NCBI GenBank assembly: GCA_947494155.1 | Contig: CANLTW010000005.1 | Coordinates: 1-64,000, forward strand | Origin: Chlamydiota bacterium | Lineage (GTDB): Bacteria; Chlamydiota; Chlamydiia; Chlamydiales; RGXB01 | DNA: 64,000 nt | Reading direction: 5' to 3' | Part shown: positions 20,474 to 29,941 of the stretch, piece after piece | Position numbering within the stretch: position 1 is the stretch's first letter | Layout: every line of letters begins with the position of its first letter | Program-made: the position numbers and the translations under genes | The notes under the pieces: generated by a model | What the model was told of the DNA's origin: nothing | What the model saw: the letters and a program-made list of their open reading frames with translations, nothing else | Databases searched by the model: none

Positions 20474-20814
20474 GAAGACACCCTGCAGATTTCATCAATT
20501 TTTTTGGCTAAAATAAAATCATTGAGATGCAACCCCTGAATTTTGTGCGTGAAAATTCTTACAAAAAGACGCCCCCAAGAAAGCTCCATGTCGGGGTGGT
20601 GCCCCTGGATCTCACTCACAAAAGCTATAGCATTGAGCAGCTGAAGAGGCTTTACAAAATCTTTGAAGTAAAAAGTCTTCTCCAATCTTTTTTCCCCCTC
20701 AACGACCCAGCCCTCCAATTGGGCTAAAAGGGGCGAAATCTCTTTTAAAGAGAGCGGTTGTGAGAGCCCTGAGCAGGCAGAACATGTTTTGGATTCTAAA
20801 AACTCTTTGCCCAT
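20470..20814 (-). CDS. phhB: Pterin-4-alpha-carbinolamine dehydratase
   Basis: FYFKDF, E.QGHHPD, THKIQGLHLNDFILAKKID. Confidence 0.92.
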   Translation of the reverse strand: MGKEFLESKTCSACSGLSQPLSLKEISPLLAQLEGWVVEGEKRLEKTFYFKDFVKPLQLLNAIAFVSEIQGHHPDMELSWGRLFVRIFTHKIQGLHLNDFILAKKIDEICRVSS

Positions 20815-20822
20815 TAAAAGAA

Positions 20823-20863
20823 TTCTCCCTTCAGTTTATCTTCGGTGATAACTGAAGAGAGAA
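20823..20863 (-). promoter_or_regulatory. Hairpin (terminator-like) overlapping the phhB Shine-Dalgarno
   Basis: Minus strand TTCTCTCTTCAGTTATC-accgaa-GATAAACTGAAGGGAGAA then TTCTTTTA-ATG. Confidence 0.5.
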
Positions 20864-20882
20864 ATAGGGATCAAGTGTTTTT

Positions 20883-22607
20883 TTAGCTCGTTTTGACCCT
20901 AAGAACTCCCGCATCCAAAAGAACCAAAGCAGCCCCTTTTGTGGTCAACTGCAGATACTCTTGGCCCGAGTCATTCTGTGTCATAGTAAAAAACGCAGAG
21001 TTGAAGCTAAAGTTTTCGTCTACGAGTGGGTATTTTTCCTGGTTTTTTGCTACCCATTCCATAAGATCCTGTGAGGGTATTTTTTGGAAGGCTTTTGCAA
21101 CTTTTCTTGCTCCCTGCATCTCAGAACTAACTACTACCTCGGGTTTCATCGCCTCCTGTAGAGCTTCAATCCAAGTTTTTACGTCTTCGATATGAGGCAT
21201 AGATTCTTTGGTTTTAGCAGCAAAATGGTTGTAATACTTCCCACTGAGGATACTTCCCAGATTCTGATGGTTCGAGGTGGAGTTAACAGCAAATTCCGCT
21301 AGCTTAGTTCTCCAGACAGGTCTCAAGACGAGATGCATATGTTGGATAAAATGGACATTATTCTCACCTCCTGTCAAATCAATACATTTATTTAAAAGGC
21401 CGAATAATTTGGTTTTAGAAACCTGTAACATGAACCTGATCTTCTCATTCAGCTGCTCTGTTCTGATTTCCGCAAAATGGGCATGAATTTTATTAATCAA
21501 GCCGGAGTACTGGGTATCGGGATAAATAGCTCCAAGTTCTCCTACCCACGCATCCACACAGTTATTTCCGATTGAGTTGAGTTCTTTCAAGATAGGCTCC
21601 AACTCCGCTTTATCCAGTGTCAATAAATGCCTTAGAAAAAGGCCAAACATCTTTTCATATTTGTCCCAATGCACAGGTAACACATCAGATCCACCCCCAA
21701 GGAGGTAGGATTTCTTTAATCTTAAAAAACCCTCTTGTAAAGCTCCTTCAAGCGAGTATTCTTCGATTTTTTTTGTCAAAGCCCCCATGATTTGCTCCTT
21801 ACTTGCCTCATGAAGATCATCTTGAATAGTAATATCGAGATATTGGGGTATTCTATGCACAGAAGTGGAATCGTATTCCAATTCCAGTTGAAGAGGCAAA
21901 AATTCCAGTTGAAGAGGCAAAAAAGGTGCAGAACTAAGCTTTTTTGCATACAACTCTACTTGATGAGCGTTTACGCAATTTGGTTTAGCACAAAGCGACG
22001 CGGCCAAATCGATTCCGTTACCTTGTCTCAATAAATAGATGTTGAGCTTCTCTGCCAAGGCCATAAACAGGAAAAATTTGGAGAGCAAAGAGAGTAATCC
22101 CGTTATGGGGGAACTTAAAAAATCCATAACGAGAAGGGGTGTGGTAAAAAACTCAATCGCACGATAGATTGCTGGGGGAAGTTTGTTGTTTTTTTGCAAA
22201 TAAGCCAGTGTTAATCCTACAAAAATTGCCGTTGCGGCTTGAAAAGAATGTAAATAAAAAAGGGCAACGGTCCCTACTAGCTTGGCAACATCCAGCCACT
22301 TTGTAGACCTTTTGATGGTTTGATCTATTTTTTCTAAATGCAGCGATTTTTGAAAAAACAACCCGAGATAAGCTACGGGCAAAAAATTTAAAACCAAAGA
22401 CACCTTTCCCCAAGAGCGGGAAAAAACGGTGGTTGGTTTTGCAGCTTTTTTTATTAAAGACCCAATCAGATCCAATGATTGACATTCTAAGGACAACACA
22501 CCCATATTTCTCTGTCCGTCTAATTCATCTTGCCTTTTTAGGATGTCCAGAAAGAAAACGTTTTGTGATAGGCTTAAAGTCCTACAAGCTCCAACAGCTA
22601 GATGCAT
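20883..22607 (-). CDS. Hypothetical protein with N-terminal hydrophobic segments (candidate membrane-bound effector)
   Basis: 574-aa ORF, several TM-like stretches in the N-terminal third, soluble C-terminal part. Confidence 0.65.
   Translation of the reverse strand: MHLAVGACRTLSLSQNVFFLDILKRQDELDGQRNMGVLSLECQSLDLIGSLIKKAAKPTTVFSRSWGKVSLVLNFLPVAYLGLFFQKSLHLEKIDQTIKRSTKWLDVAKLVGTVALFYLHSFQAATAIFVGLTLAYLQKNNKLPPAIYRAIEFFTTPLLVMDFLSSPITGLLSLLSKFFLFMALAEKLNIYLLRQGNGIDLAASLCAKPNCVNAHQVELYAKKLSSAPFLPLQLEFLPLQLELEYDSTSVHRIPQYLDITIQDDLHEASKEQIMGALTKKIEEYSLEGALQEGFLRLKKSYLLGGGSDVLPVHWDKYEKMFGLFLRHLLTLDKAELEPILKELNSIGNNCVDAWVGELGAIYPDTQYSGLINKIHAHFAEIRTEQLNEKIRFMLQVSKTKLFGLLNKCIDLTGGENNVHFIQHMHLVLRPVWRTKLAEFAVNSTSNHQNLGSILSGKYYNHFAAKTKESMPHIEDVKTWIEALQEAMKPEVVVSSEMQGARKVAKAFQKIPSQDLMEWVAKNQEKYPLVDENFSFNSAFFTMTQNDSGQEYLQLTTKGAALVLLDAGVLRVKTS
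21880..21921. repeat. Perfect 21-bp in-frame tandem duplication
   Basis: AATTCCAGTTGAAGAGGCAAA x2, giving LPLQLEF-LPLQLEL in the minus-strand protein. Confidence 0.95.
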
Positions 22608-22893
22608 AAAAATCTCAAAAATTAATTATTATAAAAAACAATTTTTATTTACCCGGTTTTTTTAGCCCCCCATGTGGAGCCGGGGTTTGCAGCTGATCCA
22701 AATTCGTCAAATCTGGGCTAGCTTAGCGGGACATTTTAACATAATCTTCATTAAAATACCTAGAAATTGCCCTGCATGGCACCCTGAATTTTTTATTTTT
22801 GCACCGTTTTTTCTAGGGCACTTTTGTTTGTTCAGTAAAAAAAAGGGCTGTTTATTTGTTTTCTAACGCCGTTTTGAGTTACACTCTAGCCTT

Positions 22894-25107
22894 ATGCTTG
22901 AAACTCTTGCCGGAACGATCGATCAGATCGTCTTTCAAAATGAAGAAAACGGCTACACCGTTGCGCGATTAAAAAGTCCCAGTCTTAAAGAACCGGTTGT
23001 CGTGGTCGGGAATTTGATGCCGCTCTCTTCAGGTGAAATTATCACAGCAGAGGGTCTTTGGAAGCACCACCCTGCATTCGGCCGACAATTTGTTGTGGAG
23101 GCATTTGAGGTTAGTCTTCCGAAAGATCTCAAAGGGATCGAGAGATACCTTGAGTCGGGTGTGATTAAAGGGATCGGCCCTACATATGCCAAACGGATTG
23201 TGGACTATTTTGGGACGAAAACCTTTGATATTCTGGATCAAAATATTGGACGTTTGGAAGAGGTGGAAGGGATCGGGGAAAAAAGGTTACAAAAGATCAA
23301 AGGTTCTTGGACTGAGCAAGGGGCTATTCGGAATGTGATGGTTTTTTTAAGGGGTCACAATGTCAGCCTCTCTTTAGCCCAAAAAATCTATCGACGCTAC
23401 AAAGAGGGGGCTCTTGAGGTCATCCAAACAAACCCGTACCAGTTAGCTCGGGATATTCCGGGGATAGGATTCAAAACTGCCGATGCATTAGCGCAAGAGA
23501 TTGGTATCGAAAAAAATTCCCCTGACCGGATCCGATCTGCCATCGAACACATCCTGAGAGTTCTTTGTGACGAGGGGCACACCTGCTATCCCCTTAAAGG
23601 TTTATTAGAACATGGAAAAAACCTCCTCGAGGTGGAACAGGATCTGATCGAAAAACAGGTCCAGCCCATCGTAAATGAAGGGCGGCTTGTATCGATCAAA
23701 CTGTTTGAAAATGCCCAAGATCAGATGCTTTGGACAAAAAACCTTTTTGAAACCGAAATGTCTATTGTTGACGAGCTCAAAAGGCTTGAAAGCCACTCTT
23801 GTTGTTTGCGTTCAGTGGACACCTCAAAAGCGATCCCATGGGTAGAGGAGCAGCTCGGGCTGGAGTTTGCTAGCGAACAAAAAATGGCGATCACAAAAAG
23901 TATGGAAGAGAAGATCCATATTATAACAGGCGGCCCCGGAACAGGGAAGAGCACCATCACCAAAGCTATTTTAACCCTTTCAGAAAAACTCACCTCAAAA
24001 ATCCTGCTTGCTGCCCCTACTGGTAGAGCTGCAAAAAGATTGAGTGAGATCACAAAAAAGAAAGCCTCCACGATTCATAGCCTTCTAGAGATGGATTTTA
24101 CACAAGGGGGATTCAAAAGAAACAGGATGAACCCGCTTGCTTGTGATCTCCTTATTTTAGATGAAGCAAGTATGATCGATACGCAACTGATGGGGCATCT
24201 TCTTAAAGCGGTTCCCACAAAAGCTCGTATTTTGATTATTGGAGATATCGATCAGCTCCCCAGCGTTGGAGCAGGTAGTGTCTTAAAAGATCTCATCGAA
24301 TCGCAAACAATCACTACAACTCGCCTCAAAGAGATCTTTAGGCAAGCTAAAGGGTCGAGGATTGTGCGGAATGCGCACAGAGTCAATCAGGGACTTTTTC
24401 CCGAACTTGAAGAAGATCCCAAATCGGACTTCTGGTTTATCCCTTTGGAAAAACCAGAAGATATTTTGAATAAAATCCTAGAGCTTGTATGCAATAAGCT
24501 TCCCCAAGAGAAAAATGCACACCCCTTTGAGGAAATACAGGTCCTATCCCCTATGAAAAAAGGGGTTCTGGGGACATTAAACATCAATATAGCCTTACAA
24601 GACAGACTCAATCCCTCTCTTAAAAGAATCACAAAAATGGGGCGCACCTTTCGCCTTGGAGATAAGGTGATGCAGATCCGCAACAACTACGACAAACTCG
24701 TGTTTAACGGGGATGTGGGACGAATTGTAGAGATTGATGAAGAGAAAGAGGGGCTTGTCGTCCTTTTTGATGGGCAGGAGGTGGAGTATGATTTCACAGA
24801 GATGGATGAACTGATTTTGGCCTATGCTGTGAGTGTTCATAAATACCAAGGGAGCGAGTGCCCGGTAGTGATTATGCCGGTACACACTAGCCACTTTAAA
24901 CTTTTAGTCAAAAACCTGGTCTATACAGGTATCACAAGGGGGAAAAGGCTTGTGATTTTAGTCGGATCCAAAAGGGCTGTGGCAATCGCGGTTAAAAGCG
25001 TCGCAGTGGATCAAAGATTCACCGGACTGAAACATTTTTTAAAAGAGAACCTCAAGAAAAATGGCCCACGCGTAGTCGAATCCACCCAAGAGACCCTGTT
25101 TGTGTAA
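22894..25107 (+). CDS. recD2: ATP-dependent RecD2-like DNA helicase
   Basis: N-terminal OB and HhH repeats (IKGIGP, VEGIGEK, IPGIGFKTAD), TGGPGTGKST, DEASM, YAVSVHKYQGSE. Confidence 0.95.
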   Translation: MLETLAGTIDQIVFQNEENGYTVARLKSPSLKEPVVVVGNLMPLSSGEIITAEGLWKHHPAFGRQFVVEAFEVSLPKDLKGIERYLESGVIKGIGPTYAKRIVDYFGTKTFDILDQNIGRLEEVEGIGEKRLQKIKGSWTEQGAIRNVMVFLRGHNVSLSLAQKIYRRYKEGALEVIQTNPYQLARDIPGIGFKTADALAQEIGIEKNSPDRIRSAIEHILRVLCDEGHTCYPLKGLLEHGKNLLEVEQDLIEKQVQPIVNEGRLVSIKLFENAQDQMLWTKNLFETEMSIVDELKRLESHSCCLRSVDTSKAIPWVEEQLGLEFASEQKMAITKSMEEKIHIITGGPGTGKSTITKAILTLSEKLTSKILLAAPTGRAAKRLSEITKKKASTIHSLLEMDFTQGGFKRNRMNPLACDLLILDEASMIDTQLMGHLLKAVPTKARILIIGDIDQLPSVGAGSVLKDLIESQTITTTRLKEIFRQAKGSRIVRNAHRVNQGLFPELEEDPKSDFWFIPLEKPEDILNKILELVCNKLPQEKNAHPFEEIQVLSPMKKGVLGTLNINIALQDRLNPSLKRITKMGRTFRLGDKVMQIRNNYDKLVFNGDVGRIVEIDEEKEGLVVLFDGQEVEYDFTEMDELILAYAVSVHKYQGSECPVVIMPVHTSHFKLLVKNLVYTGITRGKRLVILVGSKRAVAIAVKSVAVDQRFTGLKHFLKENLKKNGPRVVESTQETLFV

Positions 25108-25327
25108 TTGCGTTTCTCCCCTTGTTATCCTACTCCCCTCGATGTAGAACAATATTTTTTCATATGCTCTTTTGGAAAAATTGCACCTTTTTTCTATTAC
25201 ACTGCCATATCTTAAGAATTCCCTTTTTATGGTGAAGTTTTTTCCCTAATTTCAAATAATAGGTATCTAACAAATTCAAAATGACAGAACTGCCTAGGTA
25301 AGAACCCCTCAACAAAGGAGGACCAGA

Positions 25328-25978
25328 GTGCGAGCTGCGGTGATATTTTCAGGGTGCGGACAAAAAGAGGGGACCGAAATTAGTGAGGCGGTTTGCTGTT
25401 TACTTGCCTTAGAAAAACGGGGGATTATTTGGGAGGGTTTTGCCCCTAATAAGACCTTTATGGCCTGCTCATACATTAAGGGGAGCAAAAAAGAGTTGGG
25501 AGAAAGGGGGATTATTGACGAGGCTTGCCGAATAACTCGACGTGATGTGCACCCTCTTGAAGGACTTAAAGTGGAAGAGTTTGACCTTTTGTGCCTTCCC
25601 GGGGGATTAGGAGCGGCTAAAATACTTTCTAATTTCAAAACTCATGGATTTCAAGGTGAGGTTCTTGAGAGTTTAAAAGAGATTATCCTCTCGTTTCACA
25701 AACAAAAAAAACCTATTGTGGCTATTTGTTTATCCCCTGCAATCGTGGCGATTGCGTTAAAAAACGAGAAAAACATAAAAATTACCATGGGAATGGACAA
25801 GAGTTATCAAACTGGATGCTCCTGGGCAGTAATAAAAGAATCCGCAGCAACCGATTGTGTTCTAGACCCTTTAAACCGGATCGTCTCCACACCCGCATTC
25901 ATGATAGAAAACGCTACACGTTATGATGTCTTTTGCGGTATTGATAAGGCGATAGAAGAGGCTACAAAACTTTTGTAG
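25328..25978 (+). CDS. elbB: ElbB/ES1-type DJ-1/PfpI glyoxalase
   Basis: SGCG...GTEISEAV, PGGLGAAK, ICLSP, IVSTPAFM. Confidence 0.85.
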   Translation: MRAAVIFSGCGQKEGTEISEAVCCLLALEKRGIIWEGFAPNKTFMACSYIKGSKKELGERGIIDEACRITRRDVHPLEGLKVEEFDLLCLPGGLGAAKILSNFKTHGFQGEVLESLKEIILSFHKQKKPIVAICLSPAIVAIALKNEKNIKITMGMDKSYQTGCSWAVIKESAATDCVLDPLNRIVSTPAFMIENATRYDVFCGIDKAIEEATKLL

Positions 25979-26003
25979 CCCCTTAAGCCATTTTGAAAAA
26001 GAA

Positions 26004-28031
26004 CTAGCCGATTCTTCCCCCTGAAGGGGCACTTTCAAAAGAGAGCATTTCAAACGTCCCCTTTTCAACTACAGAAAGGATCATTCCGTGACTCTCGATG
26101 CCCATCATTTTCCTAGGCTTTAGATTCGCAACAATCGCCACTTTTTTTCCTACTAAGGATGAGGGATCTGCCACAAAGTGGCGGATGCCCGAGAGGATTA
26201 CCCTTTTTTCTCCCCCCACATCAAGAGTAAACTGAAGAAGCTTTTCACTCTTAGGAACAACCACACAATCTAAAACATCGGCCACCCTAAGGTCAACTTT
26301 TTCAAAGTCCGCAAATTCAATCATCGAGTAAGGGGTTTCTGCAGGATGGGAAATTGTTGCCGTTTTTGCAGTCTCAAGACCGCTAGGAAGGGGAGAATCG
26401 CTCACTATACCCTCTGTAAGTTCTAGTTCTAATTTTTGAAATAGGGGATAAGGATCCTTAAGCTCCTGAATTTCCAAGGCGGTAGCCCTGTTTCTTAACG
26501 GAACCTCGGATACACCTAAAAATCCCCAAGCCTCTTTTGTCGCATGGGGTAGTATTGGTTGCATTTGAGCCAACAGCGCTTGGACCGCCTTAATACAAAC
26601 GGCAAGAATAGTCTCTAGACGCTCTCTTTGGGAGGAATCTTTAACTAAACTCCAAGGCTTTTGTTGGTCGAAATATCGGTTGCAAGTCTGGGCCATCTCC
26701 AAGAGAGTTTCGGCCGCTTTCTTTATGGAAAAGTTCTCATAATGGGCTGCCCCCTCATCAAGTAAAGAGTGAAGCTGTGCGATAAAGCCCTGATCCTCTT
26801 GCGTCATTACCCCCATCTTAGGCACAGACCCTAAACGGGATTGGATAAAGCTCAAAGTTCTGTGGATAAAATTTCCCAGCTTACCTACAAGCTCGGAGTT
26901 CACACGCACAACGAGATCTTCGAAAGAAAAATCGCAATCCTGGTGTTCGGGTGCGATCAAACTCAAGTAAAAACGGAGCCCGTCAGGGGATATCCACTTA
27001 AGCATCGCATCAAGATCTAGGGAATTGCCCGATGATTTGCTAAACTTCTCCCCTTTAAGATTCAGAAACTCGTTCACCACAAGGTCATCTACAAGTTTAT
27101 AGGGAGTGTTTTGCCCCATGAGCATGGCTGGAAAAAGAACCGAATGGAAGGTGGTGTTATCTTTACCCACGAACTGCACGTAGCGTGTTTTAGGATCGAG
27201 CCAATAATCATTAACAAATTGGGGTTTAAGATCGTATGTGGCGCTAATATACCCAATCGGCGCATCGTACCAGACATACAAAACTTTCCCTTTTGTCCCC
27301 TCAATTGGCAAAGGGACGCCCCAATCGAGATCTCGCGTGATGCAACGGGGTTTAAGATCCTCTATGTATTGCCTGCTAAAGTTCATCGTTGAGGATTTAA
27401 AATTTTTTGTCTCAAGCCACTCCTTAAGACGCTCTTTGAAAAGGTCGAAACGGAAAAAATAGTGCTCAGTCTCCTTGAGCTCAAGCGGTTTTCTAGTCAT
27501 TTTAGACAACGGATTTATAAGATCGGTCGCCTCAAAACTTGCTCCACATTTTGTACATTCATCCCCTCTAGCCTCATGAAAACCACACTTGGGGCAGGTT
27601 CCTACAACATACCGATCCGCTAAAAACCGCCCCTCAACAGGAGAATAGAGCTGATGGATCGTTTTTTTTTCGATCCAGCCGTTTTTAAGATGCTCTTTGA
27701 AGATCTCTTGTGTTCTATCGGCATGATGTTTCAAAGTCGTTCTGGAAAAATGGCTAAAATCTATCCCCATCCGTTGAAACAACTTTTTATTAATCTCATG
27801 GAAGTGGTCCACCTGCTGCTGCGGAGTCCTTTTAGCCTCTTCCGCCTTAATCGTTATGGCGATTCCATACTCGTCAGACCCACAAATAAAGAGGCTTTCA
27901 TCCCCCTTACTTAAAAGATAGCGATGGTAGATGTCTGCAGGCAGGTAAGCACCAGCAAGATGGCCAACATGAATTTGCCCGTTCGCATAGGGCAAAGCTG
28001 CGGTAATCAATGTTTTAGCGTGTCGTTTCAT
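26004..28031 (-). CDS. metG: Methionyl-tRNA synthetase with C-terminal tRNA-binding domain
   Basis: ALPYANGQIHVGH, Zn knuckles, YVWYDA, KFSKS, C-terminal ANLKPRKMMG. Confidence 0.97.
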   Translation of the reverse strand: MKRHAKTLITAALPYANGQIHVGHLAGAYLPADIYHRYLLSKGDESLFICGSDEYGIAITIKAEEAKRTPQQQVDHFHEINKKLFQRMGIDFSHFSRTTLKHHADRTQEIFKEHLKNGWIEKKTIHQLYSPVEGRFLADRYVVGTCPKCGFHEARGDECTKCGASFEATDLINPLSKMTRKPLELKETEHYFFRFDLFKERLKEWLETKNFKSSTMNFSRQYIEDLKPRCITRDLDWGVPLPIEGTKGKVLYVWYDAPIGYISATYDLKPQFVNDYWLDPKTRYVQFVGKDNTTFHSVLFPAMLMGQNTPYKLVDDLVVNEFLNLKGEKFSKSSGNSLDLDAMLKWISPDGLRFYLSLIAPEHQDCDFSFEDLVVRVNSELVGKLGNFIHRTLSFIQSRLGSVPKMGVMTQEDQGFIAQLHSLLDEGAAHYENFSIKKAAETLLEMAQTCNRYFDQQKPWSLVKDSSQRERLETILAVCIKAVQALLAQMQPILPHATKEAWGFLGVSEVPLRNRATALEIQELKDPYPLFQKLELELTEGIVSDSPLPSGLETAKTATISHPAETPYSMIEFADFEKVDLRVADVLDCVVVPKSEKLLQFTLDVGGEKRVILSGIRHFVADPSSLVGKKVAIVANLKPRKMMGIESHGMILSVVEKGTFEMLSFESAPSGGRIG

Positions 28032-28079
28032 AGGTATAATCAGTGTAGCATTTTAGTAAGATTTATTTAAAAATAAAAA

Positions 28080-28229
28080 TTACTTTTGAAAGAGTCCATT
28101 AAGTTTCACCTCTTTGCCTGCACGGATCTCGTGTCGCGCCTTCCCTATAAGGGCCTGGGCTAATTTAAAAAGATCTTTTGTTTCGACTAAGTAGGATTCT
28201 GTTGTCAACGGTTTATGCTGATTTTTCAT
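28080..28229 (-). CDS. rpoZ: Short RNA polymerase omega-like protein (not in ORF track)
   Basis: Translated by hand: MKNQHKPLTTESYLVETKDLFKLAQALIGKARHEIRAGKEVKLNGLFQK (49 aa). Overlaps the gmk 3' end, the usual rpoZ position; LT.E...F.L....I..A...I..G pattern as I recall for the chlamydial omega. Confidence 0.7.
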   Translation of the reverse strand: MKNQHKPLTTESYLVETKDLFKLAQALIGKARHEIRAGKEVKLNGLFQK

Positions 28230-28758
28230 GGGATAGTATGTACTCCTTCACTGTGTTATAACATGTTTGTAGATCTAAATTAACGACCTGTTTGTCGTAA
28301 AAATCTTTTTTCGCCATCTCGTAACCGGCCCGCTCGATTCTTTTTTGGATCTCCTGGGCGGAGTTCGCGCCACGCCGCTCAAGCCGCTCTCTCAACGAAT
28401 CTAAACTAGGGGGGAGAATAAAAATGGTAATTAATGGGACCTGGGCATTTTTTAAAGAGAGCATTCCATCAACATCAACAACAAAAACCAGAGGTTTTTT
28501 GGCCTCAAAAATTCTTTTCTTTTTTGTTCCATATAGATGGCCAAAGATCTCTTCCACCTCCGCAAACTCTGCGTTTTTCACACACTCATGAAATTGTTCA
28601 TCGGTGAGAAATTCGTAATCGAGCCCCTCAATCTCTAAACCCCGTTTGGGCCGTGTGGTGCAAGAGATACTCCGTTCACATATCCCCTCATGGATCAAAC
28701 GCTCGGCAATAGTAGATTTTCCCACTCCGGAGGGTCCGGATAAAACTACATGCTTCAT
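28213..28758 (-). CDS. gmk: Guanylate kinase
   Basis: SGPSGVGKST, SCTTRPKR..E..G.DY, YGT, IFILPPS. Confidence 0.95.
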   Translation of the reverse strand: MKHVVLSGPSGVGKSTIAERLIHEGICERSISCTTRPKRGLEIEGLDYEFLTDEQFHECVKNAEFAEVEEIFGHLYGTKKKRIFEAKKPLVFVVDVDGMLSLKNAQVPLITIFILPPSLDSLRERLERRGANSAQEIQKRIERAGYEMAKKDFYDKQVVNLDLQTCYNTVKEYILSHEKSA

Positions 28759-28759
28759 T

Positions 28760-29527
28760 TTATTTCAAAGTCTCCATCCGGTTCAACATATCCCAATCCA
28801 TTTGTTCTAGCAAGAGCTCCTTAGGAAGTTTTTTGTTTTCTAACGAAATGCGCACGGGACCAAAGCTTTTTCTATGAATAGGGCTTACCCCATGCAGTTT
28901 GATCTTCTCAAGGTGCTCTTTTGTACCATACCCCTTGTGCTTGAGAAAATTCCAACTAGGGTACATTTTATGGTATTTAAGCATCAAACGATCTCGTGTC
29001 ACCTTAGCTATGATCGATGCGGCTGCAATAGAGGCCGATTTTTTATCTCCATCGACAAGTGTTTTGTGTGGGCATCTCAAAGTGGGAGAGGCATTTCCAT
29101 CTATAAAGATGAAATCGGGCCGTTTTTTTAGCTTGCGTACGGCTAGCTGCATCCCTTTTAAGGTGGCTTGGTAGATATTTATCCGATCAATCTCTTCGTG
29201 ATCTAGAATAGAAATCGAAAAGGTGACATCCTCTCTTTGAGATAATAGGTGGTACAACTCCTCCCGCTTCTTTTCGGTCAACAGCTTGCTATCATTAAGT
29301 CCGACTATAGGGAAATCAACGGGAAGGATACAGGCAGCGACAACAACCGGTCCGGCAAGGGGTCCACGACCCGCCTCATCAACACCAGCTATACAGCTGT
29401 AACCGGCCTTAAGAGCACATTTTTCATAATGATAAAGATCGAAAGAGTCCTTAAAAGGGAGATCCTCAAAATCTACATTCTTTTCGGTGCCTTGCTCAAG
29501 AGCAATGTTTGCACTTTCCGAATCCAT
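28760..29527 (-). CDS. rnhB: Ribonuclease HII
   Basis: GVDEAGRGPLAGPV, DSK, IDG, SIAAASIIAKVTRD, HKGYGT, HRKSF. Confidence 0.96.
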   Translation of the reverse strand: MDSESANIALEQGTEKNVDFEDLPFKDSFDLYHYEKCALKAGYSCIAGVDEAGRGPLAGPVVVAACILPVDFPIVGLNDSKLLTEKKREELYHLLSQREDVTFSISILDHEEIDRINIYQATLKGMQLAVRKLKKRPDFIFIDGNASPTLRCPHKTLVDGDKKSASIAAASIIAKVTRDRLMLKYHKMYPSWNFLKHKGYGTKEHLEKIKLHGVSPIHRKSFGPVRISLENKKLPKELLLEQMDWDMLNRMETLK

Positions 29528-29584
29528 ATTTTGAGGATTTCCCTTTAAATTTGCTGCCTTAGATCACTAAAGAAGAAAAAGATT

Positions 29585-29941
29585 TTACTTTGCTCTTGGA
29601 CGAATCTTATCTTTAACGCGAGCTTTTGCACCCGTTTTGTGTTCGAGGTAGTTTAACTTGGCACGTCGCACTTTACCTAGGCGCTTCACCTCAACAGTGA
29701 TTTTTGGGCTATGTACAAACATAGTGCGTTGAGTTTTGTAACCGCCTGCTACTCTCAATACTGTAAAAGTCTCGGAGATTCCACGACCTTTGCGGCCAAT
29801 TACGGTACCTTCGTATACCTGTGTGCGCTCCTTCTCACCCTCTTTGATTCTCAAGAGAACTTTGACGGTGTCGCCGGGAACAAAATTAGGCAAGGATTCT
29901 TTCACATGCCCTTCGTTAATTTTATCAATGAGTTGGTTCAT
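29585..29941 (-). CDS. rplS: 50S ribosomal protein L19
   Basis: FVPGDTVKV, KERTQVYEG, GKVRRAKLNY; ATG at 29941 (track start 29956). Confidence 0.95.
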   Translation of the reverse strand: MNQLIDKINEGHVKESLPNFVPGDTVKVLLRIKEGEKERTQVYEGTVIGRKGRGISETFTVLRVAGGYKTQRTMFVHSPKITVEVKRLGKVRRAKLNYLEHKTGAKARVKDKIRPRAK

